Origin: Patescibacteria group bacterium
GTDB lineage: Bacteria; Patescibacteriota; Minisyncoccia; Minisyncoccales; Staskawiczbacteraceae
Direction of reading: 5' to 3'
Length of the DNA stretch: 64,000 bases
Assembly: GCA_018895235.1 (NCBI GenBank)
Contig: JAHIOM010000013.1
Location: forward strand, 6,527 to 70,526
The notes beneath the pieces are model-generated. The model had not been told where the DNA came from. It searched no databases and saw nothing but the letters and a program-made list of their open reading frames with translations. Both the position numbers and the translations under genes were made by a program. Every line of letters starts with the position of its first letter. Positions within the stretch are counted from its first letter, which is position 1. Positions 38,006 through 47,206 of this stretch are shown here, one piece after another.

Positions 38006-38061
38006 TATAATTGCAAGCGAGGGAGGAGAAGAAAAAAACATTTTTATTCTCCGACCGAGTG
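38006..38061 (-). repeat. E-family repeat element E4 (reverse orientation) upstream of dprA
   Basis: Reverse complement CATAATTGTGCACTCGGTCGGAGAATAAAAATG...CTCGCTTGCAATTATAG. Central stem GGAGAA/TTCTCC. Confidence 0.55.
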
Positions 38062-38097
38062 CACAATTATGTGGTAATAACCACAATAATTATTAGA

Positions 38098-38967
38098 ATG
38101 GAAGAGATAAAACAGATAAAAATCGAGGACAGAAACTATCCCGAATTGCTCAAGAGGATTCCTGATCCGCCGAAGGTTCTGTATTTCAGGGGTGAATTTA
38201 AAAAGGAAGAATTCTGTTTCGGGGTAGTCGGCACAAGAAGATATTCTGCTTATGGCAGACAATCAACCTTTGATATTGTCGGAAAGCTAGCTGAAAAAGG
38301 ACTAACAATTGTTTCTGGATTAGCGCCCGGGATAGATACATTCGCTCACCAGGTATGCGTTGAAAGAAAGAAAAGGACAATTGCTGTTTTGGGGACGGGT
38401 TTGGATGAAAAGAGTATTTATCCCCAATCAAACCTAAAACTAGCAAGAAAAATTATAGAAACAGGCGGATGTTTAATATCAGAACTGCCCCCCGGAACTC
38501 CGGGTTCAAAGTTTACTTTTCCCAAAAGAAATCGTATTATATCGGGACTATCTCGCGGGCTTTTGGTGGTTGAGGCAAAGAATAAATCCGGCTCTTTAAT
38601 TACGGCCAAATATGCTTTTGAACAAAACCGACCCCTGTTTGCCGTACCCGGCCCTATTTATTCTTCCAATTCGGCCGGACCTCACAAATTAATAAAAAAG
38701 GGAGCCAAATTAGTTGACAATCCCAATGATATCCTGCAAGAATTAAACCTGCCTGTTTTGGAAAATAAAAATGACGAGACAAACAGTGTTCATAATTTAG
38801 AGGAGTTATTAATTCTCAGGGTTTTAAAAGAGGAATCATTACATATTGATAAAATAATAGAGAAAACAAAATTAAAAACCACTACTGTTGCTAGCACCCT
38901 CGCGGTTTTAGAAATACAGGAAAAGGTAAGAAACCTTGGGGGAAATGTCTACGGAGTGATACATTAA
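38098..38967 (+). CDS. dprA: DNA-processing protein DprA/Smf (the ORF opens at TTG 38011; the likely start is ATG 38098)
   Basis: GVVGTRRYSAYGRQSTFDIVGKLAEKGLTIVSGLAPGIDTFAHQ Rossmann-like DprA core, and C-terminal winged-helix region. Confidence 0.8.
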   Translation: MEEIKQIKIEDRNYPELLKRIPDPPKVLYFRGEFKKEEFCFGVVGTRRYSAYGRQSTFDIVGKLAEKGLTIVSGLAPGIDTFAHQVCVERKKRTIAVLGTGLDEKSIYPQSNLKLARKIIETGGCLISELPPGTPGSKFTFPKRNRIISGLSRGLLVVEAKNKSGSLITAKYAFEQNRPLFAVPGPIYSSNSAGPHKLIKKGAKLVDNPNDILQELNLPVLENKNDETNSVHNLEELLILRVLKEESLHIDKIIEKTKLKTTTVASTLAVLEIQEKVRNLGGNVYGVIH

Positions 38968-38971
38968 ATTT

Positions 38972-41002
38972 ATGAATTTAGTTATCGTTGAAAGCCCAAC
39001 CAAGGCAAACACAATTCAAAAGTTTTTAGGAAGCGATTATAAAGTACTTTCTTCTTTTGGCCACATAAGAGATTTACCAAAGAATGAATTGGGGGTGGAC
39101 GTTGAAAATGATTTTACGCCAAGATACGTTATTCCACCAAAAGCCAAAAAAACCTTGTCTGCGTTAAAAAAAGAGATCAAGAAAGACACTAAAACCATAC
39201 TGGCCACCGATGAAGACCGGGAAGGAGAAGCAATCGCCTGGCACTTATCAGAAGTTTTAAAATTGGAAAAACCAGAAAGAATCGTCTTCCATGAAATCAC
39301 TAAAACAGCTATTAAAGAGGCGATCCAAAATCCAAGATCTATTAATATGGATTTAGTTGATGCCCAGCAGGCAAGAAGGATTTTAGACAGAATAGTCGGA
39401 TATAAGCTTTCTCCCTTCCTTTGGAAAAAAGTTGCCAAGGGCCTTTCAGCCGGCAGGGTTCAGTCAGTAACCGTAAGGTTAGTTGTTGAAAGGGAAAGAG
39501 AAATAGAAAAGTTTGTACCGCAAGAATATTGGACCATTGAGGCTTTATTTAAAAAAGAAAATAACGAATTTAAAACAACTCTAGTCAAAAAGGACGAAAA
39601 ACCGATAGATAAATTGGATATTAAATCAAAAAAAGAGGCTGATGAAATTGTAAGTGATTTAGAGGGCGCGCAATATAAAGTAATAAATATTGAAAAAAAA
39701 GAAACGAAGAAGAACCCTTTTCCTCCGCTTACCACCAGCACCCTGCAGCAAGAGGCCTGGAAACGACTCCGCTATCCGGCTAAATTCACTATGAAAATAG
39801 CCCAGGATCTTTATGAAGAGGGTCATATTACTTACCATAGGACTGATTCGGTTAACCTATCTAAAACAGCTTTGTTTTCAGCCAAGAAATTCATTGAGGA
39901 AAATTACGGTGAAAATTATTGGTCGGGCTATTTAAGACAGTATAAATCAAAAGGAAGAACCCAAGAAGCTCATGAGGCAATTAGACCAACTTATGCTGAA
40001 AATGCACCCGAAAAATTAAAACTAGATGACAAACATTTAAAGATTTACAAACTTATTTGGCAAAGGTTTATCGCCTGCCAGATGGCTCAAGCTATATTTG
40101 ATGCAACGACTATTGATGTTGATGCTAAAAATTACGGTTTCCGGACAACGGGCCAAATCTTAAAGTTTGATGGTTTTTTAAAAATCTACCCTATGAAATT
40201 TACTGAGGAGCAACTGCCGGATTTAGAAAAAAACGAAGTTTTAAAATTAGTAAAAATCCTCCCCGACCAGCATTTTACAGAACCTAGCGCAAGATATAAT
40301 GAGGCAACCCTGATTAAAGCTTTGGAACAGAATGGAATCGGCAGGCCGTCTACCTACGCTCCGATTTTATCCACCATCCAAGAAAGAAACTATATTGAAA
40401 AAAACGAACAAAGAAGATTTAAACCAACCGAAATCGGCTTTGTAGTAAATGATTTATTGGTAGAACATTTCCCAGAGGTTGTTGATGTGGATTTTACCGC
40501 CAAAATGGAGAAAGAATTAGACGAAGTAGCAGAAGGAAAGGATACATTAGTGAAAACCTGCAAAGATTTCTATACTCCCTTTTCTAAAAATTTAAAGGAA
40601 AAATATAAGGAAGTTTCAAAATCAGACATCACCGATAAACCAACAGACAAAGTCTGCCCGAAATGCGGTTCGCCCTTAATTGAGAAACTTGGAAGATTCG
40701 GCAGATTCTATGCCTGCTCTAAATTCCCCGAGTGTAAATACACCGAATCCTTACCAGAAAATAATTTAGGAATAAAATGCCCAAAATGCAACAAAGGCAA
40801 GATTGTTGAAAAAAGAACTAAAAGAGGAAAAATATTTTATGCCTGCAACCAATTCCCGAAATGCGAATTCGCTCTCTGGGATAAACCGATAAATGAAAAT
40901 TGCCCAAAATGCGATTCCCCGCTTGTAGAAAAGGCAAAAAACATAAAATGTTCTAACAAAGAGTGTGATTATCGTTTAACAAAAAACAAAGATGTTCGAT
41001 AA
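38972..41002 (+). CDS. topA: DNA topoisomerase I with C-terminal zinc ribbons
   Basis: TOPRIM N-terminus MNLVIVESPTKANTIQKFLG, active-site Tyr region, and three CxxC...CxxC zinc-ribbon repeats at the C-terminus. Confidence 0.9.
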   Translation: MNLVIVESPTKANTIQKFLGSDYKVLSSFGHIRDLPKNELGVDVENDFTPRYVIPPKAKKTLSALKKEIKKDTKTILATDEDREGEAIAWHLSEVLKLEKPERIVFHEITKTAIKEAIQNPRSINMDLVDAQQARRILDRIVGYKLSPFLWKKVAKGLSAGRVQSVTVRLVVEREREIEKFVPQEYWTIEALFKKENNEFKTTLVKKDEKPIDKLDIKSKKEADEIVSDLEGAQYKVINIEKKETKKNPFPPLTTSTLQQEAWKRLRYPAKFTMKIAQDLYEEGHITYHRTDSVNLSKTALFSAKKFIEENYGENYWSGYLRQYKSKGRTQEAHEAIRPTYAENAPEKLKLDDKHLKIYKLIWQRFIACQMAQAIFDATTIDVDAKNYGFRTTGQILKFDGFLKIYPMKFTEEQLPDLEKNEVLKLVKILPDQHFTEPSARYNEATLIKALEQNGIGRPSTYAPILSTIQERNYIEKNEQRRFKPTEIGFVVNDLLVEHFPEVVDVDFTAKMEKELDEVAEGKDTLVKTCKDFYTPFSKNLKEKYKEVSKSDITDKPTDKVCPKCGSPLIEKLGRFGRFYACSKFPECKYTESLPENNLGIKCPKCNKGKIVEKRTKRGKIFYACNQFPKCEFALWDKPINENCPKCDSPLVEKAKNIKCSNKECDYRLTKNKDVR

Positions 41003-42761
41003 AATAGATAAAATTAGAAGTATAATCAAAAAATCTTCCAACCCAAAATTAATTGAGGAAGCATTTAGATTTGCTGAAACCGCCTATAAAGGTAAACAAA
41101 GAATTTCTGGTGAAAACTATATTGACCACACAACAAGAGTCGCTCTAATGCTTGATTCAATAAGTTCTGATCCTGAAATAATCGCTGCCGGCCTTTTGCA
41201 TGATGTTTTAGACGATCTTCCGCAAACTATGGTGACCAAACAACTAAATGAGTTAGAAAGAAAATTCGGAAAAGAAATTGCGTTTTTTGTGGAAAGAAAC
41301 CCGGAAATTCATAAGGTCCGCTATCCATTGCTAATAGATATAAAAGAAAAAACAAGGTTCACTAAAGAAAAATTTGAGAAACTCCAAAAGATGTTTTTCG
41401 CTTTGGCCCAGGATTTAAGGGTGGTTTTGATAGAATTAAGTTCCAGAATAGATAATTTGAATAATCTATTTTCTTTACCCCAAGAAAAACAAAAAATATA
41501 CGCTCTGGAAACTTTAAAAATATTTGTTCCAATAGCTGAAAGATTGGGCATCTGGGAGATAAAATCCCGACTTGAAGATCTTTCTTTTTCTTATCTTTTC
41601 CCAGAAAAATTTACTTGGTTGAAGTCTTATATCAAAACAGAATATGAGGAAAGAAAAAAGTATCTTAAATCTTTCTCTAAGCATCTTAAAAAAATACTAG
41701 GAAAAGAAAGGATTCTGGTTTTGGATATGAACTGGCGGCCGAAAAGTTATTGGAGCACCTACAAAAAACTGCTGAAAAAGAATATGGACATTGAAAAGGT
41801 TCATGATTTATTGGCTCTACGGATAATAGTTAAAGATATTAAAAGTTGCTATAAAACCCTAGGAATTATCCATAAATATTATAAACCTCTTTACGAGGAG
41901 ATTGATGATTACATAGCCAAGCCAAAATCAAATGGTTATCGTTCTTTACACACTACGGTTTTTTGCGAAAAGGGACATATTACAGAAATTCAGATTAGAA
42001 CGCCTATAATGCATAGGGAGGCAGAATATGGTATCTGCGCCCACTGGGCTTACAAAGAAAAAATTGACCTGAAAAAAGATAAGGAAAACCTTGAATTTAT
42101 AAAAGAAATCCCGGAATTTTGGAGAACCTTTAAAATTGATTTCTACAAAAACCAAGTTTTTGTTTTTACTCCGCGTGGCGATGTAATTATTTTGCCCGAA
42201 AATGCGACACCTGTTGATTTTGCCTATGCAGTGCATTCAGATATCGGAAATCATTGTGAAGCGGCTAAAATCAATAATAAAATTGCTAATTTGTCCCAAC
42301 CTTTAAAAAACGGCGATATTGTAGAAATTATTGTAAATAAAAAAAGAAGCCCTTCAACGGACTGGTTAAAGTTTGTAAAAAGTAATTTGGCTATCTCGCA
42401 AATTAAAAAAGAACTAACAAAAAAAACCATACTGAATAAGATCGCTTCTTTGGGTAAAATTCCCTCTTTTGTTAAAAGAAAGGTTTTTGAGGTTTCAGAA
42501 AGAATTACAAAAAAAGCCATGCCTGCCGGCAAACAAAAAAAACCAGAAAAAGAAAAAACGCAGGAAATTTACATTGCCGGCGAAAAAGGAATTTTGGTTC
42601 ACAAAGCTAAGTGCTGCAACCCTGAACCAGGTGATAAAATTATAGCCTATATTTCAAAATATAGAGCTGCTGTTCTGCATAAAACATCTTGCAAAAATTT
42701 CAAGAAATTAGCGGAAAAAAACCCGGAAAGAGTTATCGAGGCCTCCTGGGGTAAGGATTGA
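40992..42761 (+). CDS. bifunctional (p)ppGpp synthetase/hydrolase (RSH: HD plus synthetase plus TGS domains)
   Basis: HD motif HTTRVALML...LLHDVLDD, synthetase core RIIVKDIKSCYKTLGIIH...YRSLHTTV, and TGS VFVFTPRGDVIILPENATPVDFAYAVHSDIG. Confidence 0.85.
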   Translation: MFDKIDKIRSIIKKSSNPKLIEEAFRFAETAYKGKQRISGENYIDHTTRVALMLDSISSDPEIIAAGLLHDVLDDLPQTMVTKQLNELERKFGKEIAFFVERNPEIHKVRYPLLIDIKEKTRFTKEKFEKLQKMFFALAQDLRVVLIELSSRIDNLNNLFSLPQEKQKIYALETLKIFVPIAERLGIWEIKSRLEDLSFSYLFPEKFTWLKSYIKTEYEERKKYLKSFSKHLKKILGKERILVLDMNWRPKSYWSTYKKLLKKNMDIEKVHDLLALRIIVKDIKSCYKTLGIIHKYYKPLYEEIDDYIAKPKSNGYRSLHTTVFCEKGHITEIQIRTPIMHREAEYGICAHWAYKEKIDLKKDKENLEFIKEIPEFWRTFKIDFYKNQVFVFTPRGDVIILPENATPVDFAYAVHSDIGNHCEAAKINNKIANLSQPLKNGDIVEIIVNKKRSPSTDWLKFVKSNLAISQIKKELTKKTILNKIASLGKIPSFVKRKVFEVSERITKKAMPAGKQKKPEKEKTQEIYIAGEKGILVHKAKCCNPEPGDKIIAYISKYRAAVLHKTSCKNFKKLAEKNPERVIEASWGKD

Positions 42762-42785
42762 AAATTACTCTTAAAAGTGATATAA

Positions 42786-42872
42786 TATAGAGAAAGCCGG
42801 GGTGGTGAAATTGGCAAACACGCAGGTTTCAAAAACCTGTGAGCGCAAGCTCTTGAGGGTTCAAGTCCCTCC
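42786..42872 (+). tRNA. tRNA-Leu (anticodon CAA), class II, CCA encoded
   Basis: Acceptor GCCGGGG/CCTCGGC, anticodon stem-loop CAGGT-TTCAAAA-ACCTG (CAA), long variable arm, T-arm GAGGG-TTCAAGT-CCCTC, then ACCA. Confidence 0.85.
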
Positions 42873-42887
42873 CTCGGCACCAACTAT

Positions 42888-43505
42888 ATGAGAGGTTATT
42901 TTCGCAATACTATTCTTAATAAAGATAAACTTCTGCAGTCCTATATTATAGGGCTAGCTATCGGCGATGGAAATCTATCTAATCCAAACGGCCGCGCAAC
43001 AAGATTAAGAATTACCTGCGACAAAAAATATCCGTTATTAATTAAGCGGATAGCTAATTCATTAAAGGCGTTGCTACCTATTAATAAAGTAAGTATTGTT
43101 AATCGCAAAGAAAATTGCGTAGATGTAAGTATTTTTTCCAATCATTTAGAAAAATTACTCGGCTGGAAGGCTGAAAATGGTTCAAAGATGGCACAAAAAG
43201 TATCAATACCAAGTTGGATAAAACAGAAAAACGAATATAAAATTAGTTGTTTAAAGGGATTAATAGAAACAGACGGTTCAATTTATTCTGACAGAAATTA
43301 TAAAATGATGATGTTTACTACAATAATTAATAAACTGGCAAAAGATTTTTATGGGATGATTGTTTCACTGGGTTTTAATCCTCATATCTATAGAATAGAA
43401 AGGAAAACTAATATATATAATTTTAACAAACAAATAGAGTATAACATTAGATTATCTAAAAACGTTTTAAAATTTTTAGATTTAGTCCGACCGGAAAAAA
43501 GTTAG
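42888..43505 (+). CDS. free-standing LAGLIDADG homing endonuclease (double-motif, monomeric type) 15 nt downstream of tRNA-Leu
   Basis: Two LAGLIDADG motifs: IIGLAIGDGNL and LKGLIETDGSI. Confidence 0.75.
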   Translation: MRGYFRNTILNKDKLLQSYIIGLAIGDGNLSNPNGRATRLRITCDKKYPLLIKRIANSLKALLPINKVSIVNRKENCVDVSIFSNHLEKLLGWKAENGSKMAQKVSIPSWIKQKNEYKISCLKGLIETDGSIYSDRNYKMMMFTTIINKLAKDFYGMIVSLGFNPHIYRIERKTNIYNFNKQIEYNIRLSKNVLKFLDLVRPEKS

Positions 43506-43526
43506 TTTTTTCTACGGCACTTAAAT

Positions 43527-43553
43527 AAAAACGGGGGTAAACCCCCGTTTTTA
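43527..43553. terminator. bidirectional rho-independent terminator
   Basis: AAAAACGGGGGTAAACCCCCGTTTTT, with a perfect stem and U-tracts on both strands. Confidence 0.7.
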
Positions 43554-43575
43554 TTTACAAGAATAGTTTATCTTT

Positions 43576-43920
43576 TTATCTCTCGTTCCAATCAACTCGA
43601 GTGTTATTCCTCGAAGCGTCTTTTTCGGTAAATCCTTGGGGATACCGTTTTTTTAGTTTATCTAAGTTCTCCTGTAATATTTTATCTAGATCCCATCCAA
43701 AGAAGTTGCAGATCATTGCCATATACCACATCATATCTCCAAGATTTTCTTTAACACCGGCTTTCTGATCGTTCCCATGAGAAAAGGTTTTTTTAATACA
43801 ACCTGCTACGTCTCCTCCTTCGCCAGCAATACCCAATCCCCAAGTCATAATTTCTTTTTCTGGGTTATCAAACTTTTTTGCAGTTGTTTTACAAAATTCT
43901 TGATATTCTTTTAAAGTCAT
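43576..43920 (-). CDS. MazG-like nucleotide pyrophosphohydrolase (the ORF extends to 43983 through the R2 repeat; the likely start is ATG 43920)
   Basis: ...WGLGIAGEGGDVAG...ENLGDMMWYMAMI matches the MazG/NTP-PPase EExxE/D-containing helices. Confidence 0.7.
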   Translation of the reverse strand: MTLKEYQEFCKTTAKKFDNPEKEIMTWGLGIAGEGGDVAGCIKKTFSHGNDQKAGVKENLGDMMWYMAMICNFFGWDLDKILQENLDKLKKRYPQGFTEKDASRNNTRVDWNER

Positions 43921-43924
43921 AGTT

Positions 43925-43988
43925 TTATAATTGGCAACGAGCAAGGAATGAAAATTTATTTTAATTCCGAGCGAGTGAACCAATTATA
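43925..43988. repeat. repeat element R2 (same arms as R1; central hairpin GGAAT...ATTCC) ending 5 nt before the mazG-like start codon
   Basis: TTATAATTGGCAACGAGCAAGGAATGAAAATTTATTTTAATTCCGAGCGAGTGAACCAATTATA. Confidence 0.5.
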
Positions 43989-44006
43989 TAAATATTGAAG
44001 ATATTT

Positions 44007-44534
44007 CTATTTTTTAAATTTTAATAATTTACTAATTAACCAGCCGGAAAAAATACCGACCACTGCTCCGGCTAAAATATCCAATGGCCAATGTACTCCG
44101 ACGAATATTCTGCTTGTGGAAACCAGAAAAGCACCCGCAAAAAAGAGAACACCAACTTTTTTATTATACAAATACACCACCATTGCTAAACCAAAAGTAA
44201 AAGAAGCGTGACCAGAGGGGAAAGATTGTTGGTTTACTTTATCTATCAGTAAATTAATATTGCTATCTATAAATGGTCTTAGGCGCGGTTTAAACAAACG
44301 AATTAGCCCCGTAATAACAAACCTGGCCGTTAAAGCCGAGGATAAAGCAATAAAAATTATTTTCCAGTTTTTTCTTGATTTAAGTAAAAACAAGAATAAA
44401 GCTGCTATCATCAGATACACGAAATATTTTGCGAAGAATACGCCCAAAATATCAAGCCACTCCCATTTGAAAGCAAGCTGGTTGATTAATTGGAATAATT
44501 GGTAGTCTAAATTCTTAATAATGTCTAAAATCAT
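44007..44534 (-). CDS. PAP2-family membrane phosphatase
   Basis: PAP2 motifs KPRLRPF...PSGHASFTFG...SRIFVGVHWPLDILAG. Confidence 0.75.
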   Translation of the reverse strand: MILDIIKNLDYQLFQLINQLAFKWEWLDILGVFFAKYFVYLMIAALFLFLLKSRKNWKIIFIALSSALTARFVITGLIRLFKPRLRPFIDSNINLLIDKVNQQSFPSGHASFTFGLAMVVYLYNKKVGVLFFAGAFLVSTSRIFVGVHWPLDILAGAVVGIFSGWLISKLLKFKK

Positions 44535-45367
44535 TTTGCATTTTGATTAAGTTTTACTAAATTTTCTAACAAGCAGGCAACAGTCAAAGGCCCCACTCCT
44601 CCCGGCACAGGGGTAATGAACTTTGCCTTTTTGGCAACTGATTTGAAATCAACATCACCGATTAATTTGCCCTGCTTTAAGCTGGTACCGGCATCAATAA
44701 TTATTACTCCTTTTTTTACCATAGAACCATTTATCAAATTCGGTTTTCCAACCCCCGAGATTATAATGTCGGATTTTTTAAGGAAGTTGTAAGCATCTTC
44801 GGTAAATTCATTAATTATAGAAACTGTTGCTTTTTGTTTTAATAACCAGATAGCCAGGGGGAAACCGACTAATCTGCCAGCCCCGACCAAAAGGATATCT
44901 TTGCTTTTCACTGAAATTTTATAACTGTTTAATAGGTGCAATATGGCCCCAACCACAGGCGGTAAAACAGATAAATTACCCGTATAAAATTTCCCCAGGT
45001 TCTTTTCAGATAAAATATCAACATCTTTGTCTTGAAGTATAATATTCAAAATTTCCTGGTCTTTTTCCCTCAAATGTTTAGGGAGGGGTAACTGTACAAT
45101 GGCACCAGAAACATCTGGGTTTTTGTTTGTTCTTTCTATTTCTTTTTTAAGTATAGGAAAAGAAGTTTTGTTGGGAAGTTTTAATAGCGAAAATTTTATT
45201 CCGACTTTCCTACAAGCAATTTCTTTTTGTTTGACAAATATTTTAGAAACTTGGTCATCACCCACTAAAACCACAACCAATTTTAATTTAAGGTTCTTTT
45301 TTTTAATTTCTTTTTTAAGGTTTCCTAGAATTTCTTGTGCTATTTTTTTACCATTTAAAAGTTTCAT
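44531..45367 (-). CDS. folD: bifunctional methylenetetrahydrofolate dehydrogenase/cyclohydrolase
   Basis: MKLLNGKKIA...VLVGDD...ILLVGAGRLVGFPLA...PVPGGVGPLTVACLLEN. Confidence 0.85.
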   Translation of the reverse strand: MKLLNGKKIAQEILGNLKKEIKKKNLKLKLVVVLVGDDQVSKIFVKQKEIACRKVGIKFSLLKLPNKTSFPILKKEIERTNKNPDVSGAIVQLPLPKHLREKDQEILNIILQDKDVDILSEKNLGKFYTGNLSVLPPVVGAILHLLNSYKISVKSKDILLVGAGRLVGFPLAIWLLKQKATVSIINEFTEDAYNFLKKSDIIISGVGKPNLINGSMVKKGVIIIDAGTSLKQGKLIGDVDFKSVAKKAKFITPVPGGVGPLTVACLLENLVKLNQNAK

Positions 45368-46605
45368 GGTAGGGGAAACTTTTTACAAAAACTTTTTATC
45401 TTTTTTCTGATTTTGGGGACAGATTTAGAACTAGAAATAACCTCGTTTATCCAACCGGCGATTTGTTTCATTTCTTTTTCCTTCATTCCTCTTGTAGTGA
45501 TAGCCGGAGTACCTATTCTAATACCAGAAGGATTAAACGGCGGATTCGGGTCATAAGGGATAGTGTTTTTATTTATTGTAATTCCTGCTTTTTCCAATCT
45601 ATATTGGGCTTCTTTGCCAGAAATATTTTTATTTCTTAAATCTATTAAGATTAAGTGATTATCAGTGCCGCCAGTAACTAAATTAAAACCATATTTTTTA
45701 AGTTCTTCTGCCAATACCTGGCAGTTTTTTACAATTTGCTTTCCATATCTTTTAAAAGCCGGAGTTGCCGCTTCTTTCAGGCAAACCGCCAAAGCAGCGA
45801 TTTGGTTCTCATGTGGACCGCCTTGCAAGCCAGGGAAAACCGTTTTGTTAATTTTATCCGGCAGATTCGGATCTTTTCTAAAACCCTCTTCTGTAACCAT
45901 TATCATACCCCCTCTAGGCCCCCGTAGGGTTTTATGGGTAGTTGTAGTAACAATATGTACATAAGGAACAGGACTTGGGTGTACGCCAGCAATAACTAAG
46001 CCTGCGATATGAGCGATGTCAGCTGCCAAATATGCGCCAACAGAATCAGCAATATCGCGGAATTTTTTCCAATCAAAAATCCGCGGATAAGCAGTGGCGC
46101 CAACCCAAATCAGTTTTGGTTGGGCTTCTTTAACAAGTTTTTTTATTTCTCCGTAATTAAACATTTGTGTTTTTTTATCTACGCCGTATTGGACTGATTT
46201 GAAAAATTTAGCAGAAAAATTGACTTTCCAACCGTGGGTTAAATGTCCGCCATGTGGCAAAGAAAGCCCCATTATAGTATCTCCTGGTTCGCAAACCGCC
46301 ATATAGACCGCTTGGTTCGCCGGAGAACCGGAATATGGCTGGACATTGGCATGAGGCACTTTAAACAATTTTTTAGCCCTCTCAATACATAAATTTTCAA
46401 TTTTGTCATAATATTCAAGTCCGGCATAATATCTTTTTCCAGGATAACCCTCGGCGTATTTATCGGTAAGAATAGACCCTAGCGCCTCACGAACTGCGGG
46501 GCTCGTGTGATTCTCCGATGGAATCATTTCAAGAGAAGTTTTTTGTCTCTCGGTTTCCAATTCTATTAATTTTGCGATTTGGGAATCTGCTTTTTTGAGT
46601 TTCAT
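45364..46605 (-). CDS. glyA: serine hydroxymethyltransferase
   Basis: EMIPSENHTSPAVREALGS...YPGKRYYAG, PLP-lysine region TTTTHKTLRGPRGG. Confidence 0.9.
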   Translation of the reverse strand: MKLKKADSQIAKLIELETERQKTSLEMIPSENHTSPAVREALGSILTDKYAEGYPGKRYYAGLEYYDKIENLCIERAKKLFKVPHANVQPYSGSPANQAVYMAVCEPGDTIMGLSLPHGGHLTHGWKVNFSAKFFKSVQYGVDKKTQMFNYGEIKKLVKEAQPKLIWVGATAYPRIFDWKKFRDIADSVGAYLAADIAHIAGLVIAGVHPSPVPYVHIVTTTTHKTLRGPRGGMIMVTEEGFRKDPNLPDKINKTVFPGLQGGPHENQIAALAVCLKEAATPAFKRYGKQIVKNCQVLAEELKKYGFNLVTGGTDNHLILIDLRNKNISGKEAQYRLEKAGITINKNTIPYDPNPPFNPSGIRIGTPAITTRGMKEKEMKQIAGWINEVISSSKSVPKIRKKIKSFCKKFPLP

Positions 46606-46630
46606 AATTAAATAGTTTACTATTTCTATA

Positions 46631-47206
46631 TTATTTTCTTAATATTTTTAGTTGTTTTTTGGTTAAATCTACGACTTTTGATGGTTTGTTTTTTGGCAAA
46701 TCACCAGCATCTATAGTAAGGTCGGGCCCCACCTTTTGATTTTTGAACTGTTCTAAAACTTCTTTTATTTTTGTCGTTGCCATCCTGCCAGAAATATTGG
46801 CCGATGTTTGGGCGATTGGCTTTTTAAATTTTTCTAAAATAGAATTAAGCACTTCGTAATCTGGCATTCTTATTCCAATTGTGCCTTTTTTGTAAACTAA
46901 CGGTGATAATTTATATGGTTTTTTAGCTTTTAAAATTACGGTTAATTTATTATTTTTCAAAAACCTTTCCTGTTTTTTGTTAATATGAACAATTTTCTTC
47001 GCGGCAACAATATTTTTTACAAAAACAGCTAATGGTTTTGATTTATCCCTTTCTTTTATTTTAAAAATTTTATTAACTGCTTTTTTATTTTCGGCATCGC
47101 AAATTAATCCATAAACAGTATCGGTGGGGAAAATTAAAACTTTTCCACTCTTCAGGCCTTTTAAAATAATTTTAAGATTTTCTTTTTTGGCAGTAATTAT
47201 TTTCAC
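46631..47206 (-). CDS. tsaC: L-threonylcarbamoyladenylate synthase (YrdC/Sua5 domain)
   Basis: GKVLIFPTDTVYGLICDA is the YrdC signature. Confidence 0.8.
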   Translation of the reverse strand: MKIITAKKENLKIILKGLKSGKVLIFPTDTVYGLICDAENKKAVNKIFKIKERDKSKPLAVFVKNIVAAKKIVHINKKQERFLKNNKLTVILKAKKPYKLSPLVYKKGTIGIRMPDYEVLNSILEKFKKPIAQTSANISGRMATTKIKEVLEQFKNQKVGPDLTIDAGDLPKNKPSKVVDLTKKQLKILRK

